Below are positions 10,706-21,012 of a stretch of 64,000 nucleotides of DNA, piece by piece; within the stretch, counting starts at the first letter, position 1; the number at the start of each line of letters is the position of its first letter. The notes beneath the pieces were generated by a model. It did no database searches. It was given only the letters and a program-made list of their open reading frames with translations, and was not told where the DNA came from. The DNA comes from Candidatus Bathyarchaeota archaeon (lineage in GTDB: Archaea; Thermoproteota; Bathyarchaeia; Bathyarchaeales; Bathycorpusculaceae): positions 416,001 to 480,000 of the forward strand of contig CAVYES010000006.1 in assembly GCA_963767735.1 (NCBI GenBank), read 5' to 3'. The position numbers and the translations under genes were made by a program.

Positions 10706-11055
10706 TTTTTTCACCCCTCAAATTAGCTCTATTGGTTCTATTAAATCGCAAGCAATGCGACATTAATAAATGGTGCTCTTCTTCACCATCTTTAAACAAC
10801 TGTTCAACAAAACAGAATCAATTAATCCTGCTTAACTCAATAGCCATATGATTATTTTTAGCCAACAATATGTCGACCCTGAGCTTGCAATGGTCACGCT
10901 CTAAAGCTATAATGGGCGATGTTTAGACTTATTTTGTCGTTGGGCGCTCTAATTAAGCCCAATATTAACGGCTAAACAGCCATGTAAGCGTCAATTTTAA
11001 AAGGCTTAAACAACCTAAATGTCTTGAATGAGATTTTCAATAGAAGTGTGAACAT

Positions 11056-12084
11056 ATGGACAACGCCAAAAATGGGAGCACTAATTCGAATGCAGCAAGC
11101 AGGAATATAGGTGAGCGAAAAATAATCGAAATCATCGCCAACTATCTGGAAGCCATGCCCAATTCCCCCGTGCCTTTCGGAGACGACGTTTCCGCCGTTA
11201 ACATTGATCAAAAACAAGTTGCCGTATTGAAAACTGACATGCTTGTAGGAAAAACTGATGTACCCCCAAACATGAGCATGTGGCAAGCCGCACGCAAAGC
11301 ATTGGTCATGAACATCAGTGATTTTGCTTCTAAAGGCGTCCAGCCTACGGCGGCTCTTGTATCGCTTGGGTTACCCATAGGTCTTATGCAAAAAGACATC
11401 GAAGAAATCGCCCGTGGACTCAATTCGGGAGCACGTGAATACGGCGCATACGTTATCGGCGGCGACACAGGTGAAGCCTCAGACCTAATCATTTCCGTTT
11501 CCCTCTACGGCGCAGCCGACAAAACATCGCTGATGCTGCGTAGTGGAGCTAAGCCAGGCGACATCTTGGCGGTTACAGGCTTCTTCGGCAAATCCGCAGC
11601 TGGCTTACGCCTGCTGGTTGATAACTATTCAGCTTCAGCGGATCAGCGTAACGTGCTGTCAGGTGCAGTTTGCATGCCTAAAGCTAGGCTAAAGGAAGGC
11701 TTAGCGCTCAGCGGCTCAGGCGGAGTGTCGGCTTCGATTGATTCAAGTGACGGTTTAGCTTGGAGTCTTCATGAAATCGGGAAAATGAGCAACGTTGGCT
11801 TTTTGGTTCACAGTGTCCCCGTTGCTGATGAAGTTAGACGATTTGCCGAGTTTAACCACCTTGACCCTTTAGAACTGGCGCTCTACGGTGGAGAAGAATA
11901 CGAGCTTGTGGTAACGATTAAGCCTAAAGGATGGGTTGATGCTGAAGCCGCAGTTGAAGCAGTCGGAGGCCGCCTTCTGCCCATTGGAAAAGTCACAAAG
12001 GAGACCCAGATGCTCCTCGATCTTGACGGCGAGAAACGCGTTATTGAAGCAAGAGGCTGGGAGCATTTCAAGAGTAAGATTTAG
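11056..12084 (+). CDS. thiL: Thiamine-monophosphate kinase
   Basis: GDD, KTDML, NISDFAS, GGDT, DSSDGL, GGEEYEL and GWEHF motifs. Confidence 0.93.
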   Translation: MDNAKNGSTNSNAASRNIGERKIIEIIANYLEAMPNSPVPFGDDVSAVNIDQKQVAVLKTDMLVGKTDVPPNMSMWQAARKALVMNISDFASKGVQPTAALVSLGLPIGLMQKDIEEIARGLNSGAREYGAYVIGGDTGEASDLIISVSLYGAADKTSLMLRSGAKPGDILAVTGFFGKSAAGLRLLVDNYSASADQRNVLSGAVCMPKARLKEGLALSGSGGVSASIDSSDGLAWSLHEIGKMSNVGFLVHSVPVADEVRRFAEFNHLDPLELALYGGEEYELVVTIKPKGWVDAEAAVEAVGGRLLPIGKVTKETQMLLDLDGEKRVIEARGWEHFKSKI

Positions 12085-12646
12085 CTTGGCAATCCAGCAG
12101 GTAATTGATTATCGTTATGCATGAAGCGGCTAAGTAGGGTTGTTTGCCTAAACTGATTTTTTCGCCAAACCGTAGAGCGAAGGTTTCTGCTTTTTTGGGC
12201 AAACCCACATGGTCACCGAGCACAAAGACGGCGTTGTCGGCAAGTTCCGTTTCAGCGATGTTTTTTCCACCCTCCTCCAAAACGTACACACGGCGGTTTT
12301 CCGCTTGTTTTTTGAGTAGTGCTTCAAAACCCGTCTTGTCAACGCTGATGCCGGGGTGAGATTTGCCGCTGATGACTTTTCTTAGAATTTGCTGCCATGT
12401 ATCCACGTCCGTTCGCACGTCATAGAGGCTGCCGCCGTCGATCTGTACATGCAGGGGCGGAGTTGGCGGACCATTCAATACGGCGTGAAAAGTTACGTCT
12501 CTGCGTAAGCCATGCGAAAGAAAAAAGCTGGCAACCACGCATTCGTACACGATGTCTAATCTTCCCGCATCATGCAGGTTGCCAAACGCCCCGTTAGTTT
12601 TTCCCAAACGCGAAAACAAAATGAATTCTCTAGGCAAAGCAATCAC
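12068..12646 (-). CDS. trmY: tRNA (pseudouridine54-N1)-methyltransferase
   Basis: REFIL, GRLDIV, SHGLRRD and the SPOUT motif FVLGDHVGL...ISLG. Confidence 0.9.
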   Translation of the reverse strand: MIALPREFILFSRLGKTNGAFGNLHDAGRLDIVYECVVASFFLSHGLRRDVTFHAVLNGPPTPPLHVQIDGGSLYDVRTDVDTWQQILRKVISGKSHPGISVDKTGFEALLKKQAENRRVYVLEEGGKNIAETELADNAVFVLGDHVGLPKKAETFALRFGEKISLGKQPYLAASCITIINYLLDCQAKSYS

Positions 12647-12710
12647 AGTTTACTGCTACGCGAACTTTCCTTAAAGCACTTTCCAACCAACCCAGCCGAC
12701 AAAAATTTTT

Positions 12711-13172
12711 TTACCTTACGATGTTGAATAGGACCAACAGGTTGTTTGCGACGACTATAGAGAGGAATAATATTATGCTAAGATAAGCGATTTTCAATGT
12801 TTGAAGCGCAATCCTAAACGATAAGGAGCATTTGTTGGGCGATTTCATGAGTGTTTTTTGCGCCAAAATAAAAATCAAACCCACAGAAACAGTTACTACT
12901 AATTTCACGAATACAAACGCAGGAAGATTTGAGCTAACTAAACCTGCTAAAACGGGGTTAAGCTCGCGTGTGCCATAATACAGGGTTCCGATAACCGTAG
13001 TTAAGCAATCCATCAACCCCAGAAAAATCAGAAACACACTCGGAACGGCTTGTGTACTTTCCAAAATGATTTTCTCCTTTCCTTCAAAAACAGTTTTTCC
13101 TGCCACGCCACTCATGCAAAGAACATTCTTACTTCTTAATTCTAGAACAATTTTTTGTAGGCTTTGACACAA
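12711..13172 (-). CDS. DUF5658-like small membrane protein
   Basis: MDCLTTVIG...ELNP...K...NN pattern with about 3 TM segments. The true start is probably downstream of the track start. Confidence 0.65.
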   Translation of the reverse strand: MCQSLQKIVLELRSKNVLCMSGVAGKTVFEGKEKIILESTQAVPSVFLIFLGLMDCLTTVIGTLYYGTRELNPVLAGLVSSNLPAFVFVKLVVTVSVGLIFILAQKTLMKSPNKCSLSFRIALQTLKIAYLSIILFLSIVVANNLLVLFNIVR

Positions 13173-13606
13173 TTGACTATGGCTTTGTTGCCACCTATAA
13201 AATAGTAAAATGCATTTTTATACCTTTACTAGTCTGACTGAGGCACTAGTAGAGAACAGGTAGCTTGAACACTATCCAAGCTAAAGCTCAATTTCTCCAA
13301 AACCAACCTCTTCAGCTACTAGCAAGCAGACATTTTTTTCAAAACATCACAACCAAAAAGAAATCAACAAAACTCAAGAAAAAATATAAACAAATGGTCC
13401 TTTTACAGACGTTACTATCCATATTACGTAAGGCAAGTGTATCCTCGTTGAACAACTATTCAGAAGAATCCCGAATCGACAACATTTATTAGCCGCAAAG
13501 ACTCCCGACCTATGTATATGATGTCGCACGTAATAAGATACTCTTTTACGTGTGCCTTAAAAAATTGAAACGTGGGGGAAATTGAAAAACGAAAATCCGA
13601 ACTAAA

Positions 13607-14428
13607 TTGTTATTATCGTACCTTTTGATTGTTGCACTTTTTGTTGCGGCAGGAGCCACCATCACCTACAATACGCTACAGATGGCGGACCTTCAAAATA
13701 CAGCAAAAACCCAGCTTGAGATTAACAATAATGCTTATGCTTACCAGCAGGGCCTTGATCAAATCCAGTTCGGCACATTGATGTATGCTTCAGATAACAC
13801 GACGCAGGGCGAGACCATAATCGTAAATAGCGCGGACATTATGCAGCCCGCTCAAACCTACTTGGTTAGCGCGTTGGCGGATAACTCATCGCTTCTCAGC
13901 GAATTTAACCAGGTAGTCAATCTGGACCAGAACCAGATTAACACTGCCATAAGTCAAGTCTATAGCCTATCCATTGGCAACGAAAACAGTAGCCAAAAGT
14001 ACGTGGATATTTGGACTCAACTCAGTGTGCTTATGAACGGCGTTGCTCAAGCTGATGCTAAACTCGCTGATGTACGAACCACTACCTTAGCTAACGTCGA
14101 GAGCGCGAACACAGACGCCAAGAACTACGCTAACATGAGCCTAATAGTCGCCGTAGTGTTCTTGGCTTTGATCTCTGTAGTTTCAGCTGCTTTGGCAGTA
14201 ATTATGGGCAAACGTATTACAGGTCCACTCAAGAAATTGGCTGACATCGCGCATAAAGTTAGTGTAGGCGACCTCAACCAAAGATTTTATCTTAAACAGA
14301 AAATCGACATCAAGACAGGCGACGAAATCGACGAACTTGTAGATGCCTTCAGGAGAATGGTTAACGCATTCCGTATGACTGCAGCACTCAGCGGCGAAGA
14401 AGAGGCGCCCCAGGAGACGCAGCCATAA
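13607..14428 (+). CDS. Membrane sensor: TM, helical extracellular domain, TM, HAMP, with no output domain
   Basis: ITGPLKKLADIAHKVSVGDL...DEIDELVDAFRRM is a HAMP motif. The likely real start is TTG 13582 (MKTKIRTK), one base out of frame in an A5 run. Confidence 0.8.
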   Translation: MLLSYLLIVALFVAAGATITYNTLQMADLQNTAKTQLEINNNAYAYQQGLDQIQFGTLMYASDNTTQGETIIVNSADIMQPAQTYLVSALADNSSLLSEFNQVVNLDQNQINTAISQVYSLSIGNENSSQKYVDIWTQLSVLMNGVAQADAKLADVRTTTLANVESANTDAKNYANMSLIVAVVFLALISVVSAALAVIMGKRITGPLKKLADIAHKVSVGDLNQRFYLKQKIDIKTGDEIDELVDAFRRMVNAFRMTAALSGEEEAPQETQP

Positions 14429-14661
14429 TGACCGTTGAGCAAGATTTTCTGGCGGTGCTCGCCGAGGACCTGGGGCCAGCCGCTAAGATATTCTTACTCC
14501 GTCAATGCAGAAGTCACCTGAACAAAGAACCTTCAATGCTTGAAAAATCCGACATCGACAACTTAGCGAAATGGTGCCATATCGGAATTCAAACGGCTCT
14601 CGGCGCTCAGATCGCGGACAAGGTCCAAAAAGGCTTGCTGGCGTTAAAGCAGGAGCCTTAA
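14428..14661 (+). CDS. Small helical protein translationally coupled to the HAMP sensor
   Basis: TAATG stop/start overlap; LGPAAKIFLLRQC; followed by a T-rich tract. Confidence 0.7.
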   Translation: MTVEQDFLAVLAEDLGPAAKIFLLRQCRSHLNKEPSMLEKSDIDNLAKWCHIGIQTALGAQIADKVQKGLLALKQEP

Positions 14662-14955
14662 AAAACACCTACTTTTTTCTTTTAAGTTTTGCCAAATACG
14701 CAATGCAAAGTTTTCCCTGATTGCAGGATTAGATTTTACAATGGATAGGCCATAGCATTGTAGCTGCATCTACCGGCATTCAACTGATGGGGAACGATTA
14801 AAAAAACTATCAAACTATAAAGTTGCTATCTTTCTGAATAACGGAAAATTAGTATTACCATAAGGAGGGGAAAACTTAGAGCGTTTAAACATTAAATAAA
14901 ATTTTGGCTAAGTTTTGTGTTAGCCAATTTTTGTTTTGTTGTTTGAGTTGGTTTA

Positions 14956-15390
14956 TTACGCTTGGGCCGTTAAGTCTCTCAGAATGCTTGATTGGTCGCA
15001 GCTTTTTTCCATGAATATGCTGATTTTGTTTTGTCCCTGTTCTGAACAGAGCACCTTGATGTTTTTGCCTTCGATTAATATGCTTTCTGTGTCGCCCGTT
15101 TTGAATGTTGCAGCCAGCGTCTTTGCAGACTCGAATGCTTCGGATGATAGCATAGCGTACTCTATGATTTTCGCGGAGTCGTCAATATCAACGGTGGCTT
15201 TGGAGTCACTTTTGAAGATGAAGCCAACTACACCTTTGCGTTTTCTGATTTCTTTGGCAGTCTCTAAAAGGTCTGCGTAATTTGGGTCTTCGTTTTCAGT
15301 TGGGCAGGTTGCTTCTTCATCTAATTGCGTTCCGATAACGATTGATTCTTCAACAGTTTCTGCGTCATTAATGATTCTTTTCTTACTCAT
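14956..15390 (-). CDS. Roadblock/LC7-like protein
   Basis: GVVGFIF...ESILIEGKNIKVLC...ISIFM is consistent with roadblock topology. Confidence 0.7.
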   Translation of the reverse strand: MSKKRIINDAETVEESIVIGTQLDEEATCPTENEDPNYADLLETAKEIRKRKGVVGFIFKSDSKATVDIDDSAKIIEYAMLSSEAFESAKTLAATFKTGDTESILIEGKNIKVLCSEQGQNKISIFMEKSCDQSSILRDLTAQA

Positions 15391-16595
15391 CGTTTACTCC
15401 TCTCTGATCCGCCCACTACTGGCTTGATAAGCACCAAGGCGCCTTTCTTAATTTGTAGCGCTTGTTGTAGCTTCTCTGGAATCTGGGTTATCCCTTTGCC
15501 TTCATGTTGCGAGTCTTTAATAGGTTGTAGCTTGCATTGAATTTTTTTGCCAAATGTTGTCTCTTCAACCGTAACTTCCTTGATTTGGTTCTCGCCGAAC
15601 ATTTCCTTCCAACTGGCTATGACGGCACTATCAACTCGCACGTAATCAGGATTGCCCAATAGTCCTCCTAAACCTCCAAGGGTTTCCACCATGACTTGAA
15701 GAACGGGTACTTGCCGAGTGTATTCGTCAAATCCTTTGAACAAGTCAGTTTTTTGTGCCTGGACGGGTTCGCCGCTGGTTTTTGTTTTTTCGACGGATTT
15801 GTCGGTTTTGTCTGTTTTTTCAATTTGGACTGTTTCTGTTTCTTCTTGGGTTTCGAAAACTGGTTTGATTAGGACTTTAGTGCCCTTATGGACATTTAGT
15901 TCGGTTTGTATTTTGTCGGAAAGCTTAACTATGCCTTTATTTTCGTATTTTTCGCCCTTTAATGGTTGAAACTTGCACTGAACGATTTTCCCGTGGGGTG
16001 CTTCTAAAGTTATTTTTCTGATGGGTTGGTCGCCGTATTTTTCTGCCCACTGCACAATTAATGCGACGTCGATGTAAGCGGTGTCGGGATCAATCATGAA
16101 TCCTCCTAAGACCGTGAGGTTTTCAACTGTGTACTCGTTTGCTTGAGCCTCTTGATCAATTATTTCCTGCTCGTAGGCTACCTGCTGAGTCTTCAACGTG
16201 ACTTCTTGAGGTTGGTTTTTGATTGACGGATAGATATTCTGAACTATCTTAAGTGTAGTTGGAATCATGACTCTGACTAGATTAGAGATTGTTTTTTCGT
16301 CAGCATCGTTTGAAGCAGAAGTCGTTACATAGAGACCGTCAAATTGGGTGATGTTAACTTTGGACTCTGAACCTGTGAAAATTACTGATTCGATTCCACC
16401 CACTGCCAAGGCCCTGTCGGCAAGAGCGCGAAAGGCTTCTTGAGCACTGGTCATTGCAACTTCTGTTGTGTTCTCATCCCCGGCTAGAATTTCGCCGGTT
16501 TCTCTAAAAACAAGGATGTTTGAGATGTCTGGGCAGACGTTCTTGATTTCGTTGATGGTATTTTTTAGGGCGAGGTTGCAGGCTTCAGTGCTCAT
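15387..16595 (-). CDS. Roadblock-like N-domain plus two repeated ~90-aa beta-barrel-like domains
   Basis: N-terminal ILVFRETGEILAGD. Internal duplication of ...QCK(F/L)QP(L/I)K...KGI...KG..VLIKPV. Confidence 0.7.
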   Translation of the reverse strand: MSTEACNLALKNTINEIKNVCPDISNILVFRETGEILAGDENTTEVAMTSAQEAFRALADRALAVGGIESVIFTGSESKVNITQFDGLYVTTSASNDADEKTISNLVRVMIPTTLKIVQNIYPSIKNQPQEVTLKTQQVAYEQEIIDQEAQANEYTVENLTVLGGFMIDPDTAYIDVALIVQWAEKYGDQPIRKITLEAPHGKIVQCKFQPLKGEKYENKGIVKLSDKIQTELNVHKGTKVLIKPVFETQEETETVQIEKTDKTDKSVEKTKTSGEPVQAQKTDLFKGFDEYTRQVPVLQVMVETLGGLGGLLGNPDYVRVDSAVIASWKEMFGENQIKEVTVEETTFGKKIQCKLQPIKDSQHEGKGITQIPEKLQQALQIKKGALVLIKPVVGGSERSKR

Positions 16596-16621
16596 TTCGA
16601 GAATGCTCCTTTAGAGGGCAG

Positions 16622-17050
16622 TTAGGATATTTTGAACAAGATTCGCTGCGGGATGCCCTCGTCTTCCAGCACTAGGTACTTGAGGCCTTCGGTGTCGCCA
16701 AGTTGGTCTAGCCATTTTAATGCGTCGCGCACTTTCTGCAAAACCAAAAGCCGCTCTTGGTGGCTCCGCACGACTGCTTCTATGGCTGTTAACTCGTGGA
16801 ACGCATTAGCATCTAAGATGATGTTGAGTGTACCAACGGTTATTTCGCCCGGGCTATCTGTTGCACTGGTTTTTTTCCCTGCGAGCTTCATTATGACTTC
16901 GCGGACTTTTTTGGATTTTTCCGCCAAAGTTCGAATTTCATCCAAGCGACGCAGATACTCACCCAGCAAACTTTTGGTTTCAGATAAATCCTTATCTAAG
17001 GCGTCAGCTATCGACTGAGCCGAATTATATTCTTTTAATTGTGTTACCAT
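16622..17050 (-). CDS. Hypothetical coiled-coil protein
   Basis: Heptad-rich 142-aa ORF with an AGGTG SD, co-oriented with the pilin and roadblock genes. Confidence 0.7.
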   Translation of the reverse strand: MVTQLKEYNSAQSIADALDKDLSETKSLLGEYLRRLDEIRTLAEKSKKVREVIMKLAGKKTSATDSPGEITVGTLNIILDANAFHELTAIEAVVRSHQERLLVLQKVRDALKWLDQLGDTEGLKYLVLEDEGIPQRILFKIS

Positions 17051-17152
17051 GATTTTACACCTTCACTATTAGAGAAAATAAGAAAAAGGAAAGATTGTTG
17101 TTTCATTTTTCGCCTTACCCCCGAAATTCAAAGTTAGATTGTGAAATTGAGT

Positions 17153-17680
17153 TTAAGATCCGCTGTATGTTGCTGAGCTGGAAATTGTGTTGCCTTTTGC
17201 GGTCATCAGTTTTATTGTGTATTGTGCACTGTTACTGAATTGCTCTTGAGTTATAGTCATAGTAATAACTACTGAGGTGCCTTTAGCAATTGTTACTTGT
17301 CCATTTGCTGCGATAACTGAAGGAGTGGTCGTTCCACTTGTAAATGCTGAGACTACGGTCGCGGTGTATCCATCTATAGTTGCTGAAGATATTGACACTG
17401 TAGCGGAACCTGTGTTTTGAACAGTAACGACAGCTTGAGCGGTTAAGAATACTGGCGGCGAAGCGGTGCTCCAATTGTTAGTTAATACAATGTTTGTTAC
17501 TGATGCTTGTTCTGCACTTCCCATGAATCCAAGGGTTAATCCTCCCATCCATGCGGCTACGACAACGCTGACTGCGACTGTGACTGCGATAAGTATGATC
17601 GTTGCGATTACGGGGCTTAGGGCTTTGGCGTTCTTTGCAAACTTTCTTAATTTTCTAAAGTTCAATTTTTTTCTCTCCAT
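17153..17680 (-). CDS. Archaeal type IV pilin / archaellin-like protein
   Basis: Class III signal peptide: basic leader, then KA|LSPVIATIILIAVTVAVSVVVAAWM. Confidence 0.88.
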   Translation of the reverse strand: MERKKLNFRKLRKFAKNAKALSPVIATIILIAVTVAVSVVVAAWMGGLTLGFMGSAEQASVTNIVLTNNWSTASPPVFLTAQAVVTVQNTGSATVSISSATIDGYTATVVSAFTSGTTTPSVIAANGQVTIAKGTSVVITMTITQEQFSNSAQYTIKLMTAKGNTISSSATYSGS

Positions 17681-17876
17681 TTTGTTTTGCTGAATCTATT
17701 TCTCGCTTTTCCCCTAATAAATATTATGACTTAATAAACCATATTACATATTCGTTCAACACGCATACAACAAGAAATAACCCTAATGTTATTCAGCAAC
17801 TAAGATAGAATTTGTCCAATTCAAAATTGGGATTAAAAGATAAAGAATTGAAAAATAAAAAACTGTTGAAAAGTGG

Positions 17877-18218
17877 TTATGCTTCGAGCTCGTCGAAGAG
17901 GTCGAGAAGGAGCTTGGCTATTTTTTCGCCGCTTTCGGTTTTGAGGTATAATTTCTTGAGTGGGTCAATCCGTTCGCTCTTCGCTAGTCCTAATGATTCG
18001 ATCTCGATCATTCGGGCTCTGAAAGTGCCGTCGCTTAATGTGAGTTTGTTTTTGTGCATGAAATCTTTTGCTTCTTTCCATTTGCCGCGGCCTGCATAGA
18101 GTAGTAGCAGGCAGTCAATCGCGTGGTCCTTCTCAAGCATTGCTTTGATTGCGGATAGCTTCGGGTCTGTGAGCACATGCTTGATTTTCTCGTCGTTATT
18201 CTTTGCCATTTTATTCAC
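17877..18218 (-). CDS. Winged-helix DNA-binding protein
   Basis: SDGTFRARMIEIESLGLAKSE...YLKTESGEKIA is a MarR/HxlR-like wing. Confidence 0.75.
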   Translation of the reverse strand: MNKMAKNNDEKIKHVLTDPKLSAIKAMLEKDHAIDCLLLLYAGRGKWKEAKDFMHKNKLTLSDGTFRARMIEIESLGLAKSERIDPLKKLYLKTESGEKIAKLLLDLFDELEA

Positions 18219-18580
18219 CTTTGTTTCTTGTTATCAAAATTGGCGTCTTGTGCTTTTAAATCATATTGCGAATTACGTAACATATCTGCAGACGCCTATC
18301 TCCCGAAACCAATTATTCACAACTTCCTTATAAATAATACCGAGCGAGCTACAAAAGGCATGGAAAAATAAACGATATGCCTCAAAAATGGTGTTAAAAT
18401 CGACAAAGCTATAAAATTTTTAAAACTAAATGGCTCATGCAAAATAAAACTCAGGCGGGTTTTCTGGTTAAGGCGCGCCTAAAAAACCCGAGGGTTGCTG
18501 TTTGGCGAAAACAAAAGACTTAACAAACCTAAACTTAACTAATAAAATAGCAAATAACCATCATCTTAAGAGGCAAAAAA

Positions 18581-19174
18581 GTGGCTGCTAACACCCAATA
18601 TGAAGTTCCAACATGGAACCAGATATACGATATGTTGCTTGCCCAAGCCCAAAAAATCCAAGGCGACGGCTACAAACCAGACATTATTGTCGGCATCGCA
18701 AGAGGCGGATTAGTGCCCTCGCGCATCTTGGCGGATCTTCTGGAAACCAGGGGCTTCGCAATAATCACCATAGAATATTACGTTGGAATCGGCCAGAAAA
18801 ACAAAGAGCCAGTTTTAAAGCAGTGCCTCCACACTCAGCTGCCAGACAAAAAAGTGTTGTTGGTTGATGATGTCTCTGACGGAGGCAGGAGCCTGCAGCT
18901 TGCAAAAAAACATCTGCAAGAGCAGGGCGCAAAAGAAATCAGAATAGCTACTGTGTACTGCAAACCCGGAACCATAACCCTGCCCGATTATTTCGAGAAA
19001 GAAACCAGCCACTGGATAGTTTTTCCATGGGAAGCCAAAGAAACGATGGCAAAAATCACGCAGAAAACCGAGGGGAAACGTGCCGCAAGCCGGGAAATCG
19101 CAAATCTTGTAAAATCGGGCTTGCCAAGGCAGTTGGCTGAAAAACTGCTAAACGACGGCGACAGGAGCCAATAA
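18581..19174 (+). CDS. Type I phosphoribosyltransferase (purine PRT-like)
   Basis: GIARGG, VLLVDDVSDGGRSL (PRPP loop) and WIVFPWE. Confidence 0.88.
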   Translation: MAANTQYEVPTWNQIYDMLLAQAQKIQGDGYKPDIIVGIARGGLVPSRILADLLETRGFAIITIEYYVGIGQKNKEPVLKQCLHTQLPDKKVLLVDDVSDGGRSLQLAKKHLQEQGAKEIRIATVYCKPGTITLPDYFEKETSHWIVFPWEAKETMAKITQKTEGKRAASREIANLVKSGLPRQLAEKLLNDGDRSQ

Positions 19175-19740
19175 TGCAGTATCTCTTAGAGGAATACGGC
19201 AAATACGTGGAAATAACAGGGTACAAAAACGTAATATTCGAGAAGGCAGAAGCGTTCCTTAAAGCAAACCGAAAAGAAACCCTACAAACCGTTGATGTCC
19301 AATTCTTCGACGCTCAATTAATCGCCACACAAGAGCACCTATATTTTGCAGCCCTAAACGCGCTGCTGGCTTTCCGTAACAAAACAAATATTTCTAAAAG
19401 CCTAGCCATGGAAACAATGCTTTTTGCTTCCGCTCAGCGGCAAATACAAAAAGCCATCCAACGCTGCGGCATCACACCCCAAACCGCAAGCATGGCAGTT
19501 ATAGTAATCGGCGACAAGTCAACCCAACTTAAAACCATGCTTGAGGCAATAAGCACCTGTTTTGGCTTGGTACCTGACGAGCAGGTACTGGAAATGTCGG
19601 ATTTTAAGGAACAAAAAATTGTTGAAACCTTTCAGATCACAGACCAAGAGCTCAAGGCTGTCATTAAAAACGGAAATCGTGAAGAGGCAGTGGTTAACTT
19701 AGTTATCGAGCGAGTAGCCCTGCTGGCAACTCAACTTTAA
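19174..19740 (+). CDS. cgi121: KEOPS complex subunit Cgi121
   Basis: QFFDA, NISKSLAMETMLFASAQRQIQKAI and VIERVALL. Confidence 0.88.
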   Translation: MQYLLEEYGKYVEITGYKNVIFEKAEAFLKANRKETLQTVDVQFFDAQLIATQEHLYFAALNALLAFRNKTNISKSLAMETMLFASAQRQIQKAIQRCGITPQTASMAVIVIGDKSTQLKTMLEAISTCFGLVPDEQVLEMSDFKEQKIVETFQITDQELKAVIKNGNREEAVVNLVIERVALLATQL

Positions 19741-19742
19741 GC

Positions 19743-20270
19743 CTACAGCATCTTCTCTTTAACAACCGCCAAGATGTCGCTGGGTTTAAGCAGTGACAAG
19801 CCCGTTAAAGCTCCAAGAACCTCAATCAGCAAGATTTTATCTGGGTTTTTTAGGTCTGCTTTGCGTTTGATATCTGACGCCGCTGCCTCGATAAGGTCTT
19901 TTGAGTGAATTGTGGTGAAGCGTTTTTCAACTGTGACTCGGAAAGATTCCTGCTCGCCGATTTTGGCGGCTAACTCTTGGGTTATGCGTTTAATTTCTTC
20001 CAAATCAGTTGGTACAACCCTTTCAATGGGCAAAATTCTTAGCGCGTAGCGGAACTCGTAGGGGCGCTCTTTGAGGATGGCACGCAATTTCTCTATAGCC
20101 AAGCAGGGCTCCAGCGTTGTTTTGCCGACGATTAAGCCCCTGATTTTAGTTTTGGCAACTTGCGCTTCAGCATCACCTAACTGTTCCTTGAGAAGATAAT
20201 GCAGTTCGTTACACATCGGCCGCTCGTTTCCACGTGAAGTGGTTGCTAATAAATTAAAGTCGTGAATCAT
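19743..20270 (-). CDS. THUMP domain protein (Tan1-like)
   Basis: SFRVTVEKR...DLKNPDKILLIEVLG. Confidence 0.88.
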   Translation of the reverse strand: MIHDFNLLATTSRGNERPMCNELHYLLKEQLGDAEAQVAKTKIRGLIVGKTTLEPCLAIEKLRAILKERPYEFRYALRILPIERVVPTDLEEIKRITQELAAKIGEQESFRVTVEKRFTTIHSKDLIEAAASDIKRKADLKNPDKILLIEVLGALTGLSLLKPSDILAVVKEKML

Positions 20271-20368
20271 ACTGAGTCTCCCGGAAGAGAAAGATGCGAC
20301 ATGTTATTTTTGCTTTACCTTACAACGTGTTTGGAAGCTTCTAACGACGACAAAACTCTGGAGTTATC

Positions 20369-20707
20369 TTAGTTTTCGCTTATTATCTTTTCAAACCATG
20401 GCTTGAGTTTAGGTATATCCGTGTTTACTGTGCTCCATACTCTTTTCAGATCTACTCCAAAGTACTCATGAATTACTTTATCTCGCATTCCAGCCATATC
20501 TTTCCGTGGTATTTGAGGGTAATTATTCTTGATTTCAAGCGGTATATTTTTTGTAGCTTCTCCGATGATTTCCAGTGCTCTAATAACTGCGTAAACTGTT
20601 TTCTTATCCTTTGAAAAGCTATCATAATCCATGTCTTTAACAAAACCGATGGCATCATTCATTGCATTTATTATGTCCTCAATGTAATCCAAGAACTCTT
20701 TTTTCAT
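20369..20707 (-). CDS. HepT-like HEPN RNase toxin (DUF86)
   Basis: LEIIGEATKNIP and the RDKVIHEY Rx4HxY motif. Confidence 0.9.
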   Translation of the reverse strand: MKKEFLDYIEDIINAMNDAIGFVKDMDYDSFSKDKKTVYAVIRALEIIGEATKNIPLEIKNNYPQIPRKDMAGMRDKVIHEYFGVDLKRVWSTVNTDIPKLKPWFEKIISEN

Positions 20708-21012
20708 ATGGGTACAACTTCTTCCAAGACATGCTTTCCTATTCTTGGCTTAAGAGTATGTTTTTCTACCAAATCGACCTTAATTCCCAAAATATCACCC
20801 AGGTAATTTTCTATTCCAATGAAATCTAAAAGGCTTAAATCGGCTGTTTCTTCAAACTCCACTAAAATATCGAGGTCGCTTTGTTTTTTCTGTTCGCCTC
20901 TAACGTAGGAACCGAAAATGCCTATTTCTTTAATTTTATATTTTTGCCTCAATTCTTCTTTATGTTCAGCTAAAGTGCTTTTTATCTGCTCGAACGTTTT
21001 CATTCTGCTCAT
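20704..21012 (-). CDS. MntA-like nucleotidyltransferase antitoxin
   Basis: FGSYVRGEQKKQSDLDILVEF; overlaps the toxin by 4 nt. Confidence 0.9.
   Translation of the reverse strand: MSRMKTFEQIKSTLAEHKEELRQKYKIKEIGIFGSYVRGEQKKQSDLDILVEFEETADLSLLDFIGIENYLGDILGIKVDLVEKHTLKPRIGKHVLEEVVPI

Noticed and set aside
18450-18495. Hairpin CGGGTTTT...AAAACCCG around AGGCGCGCCT
   Set aside because: Short, single-copy, and with no further support for function.
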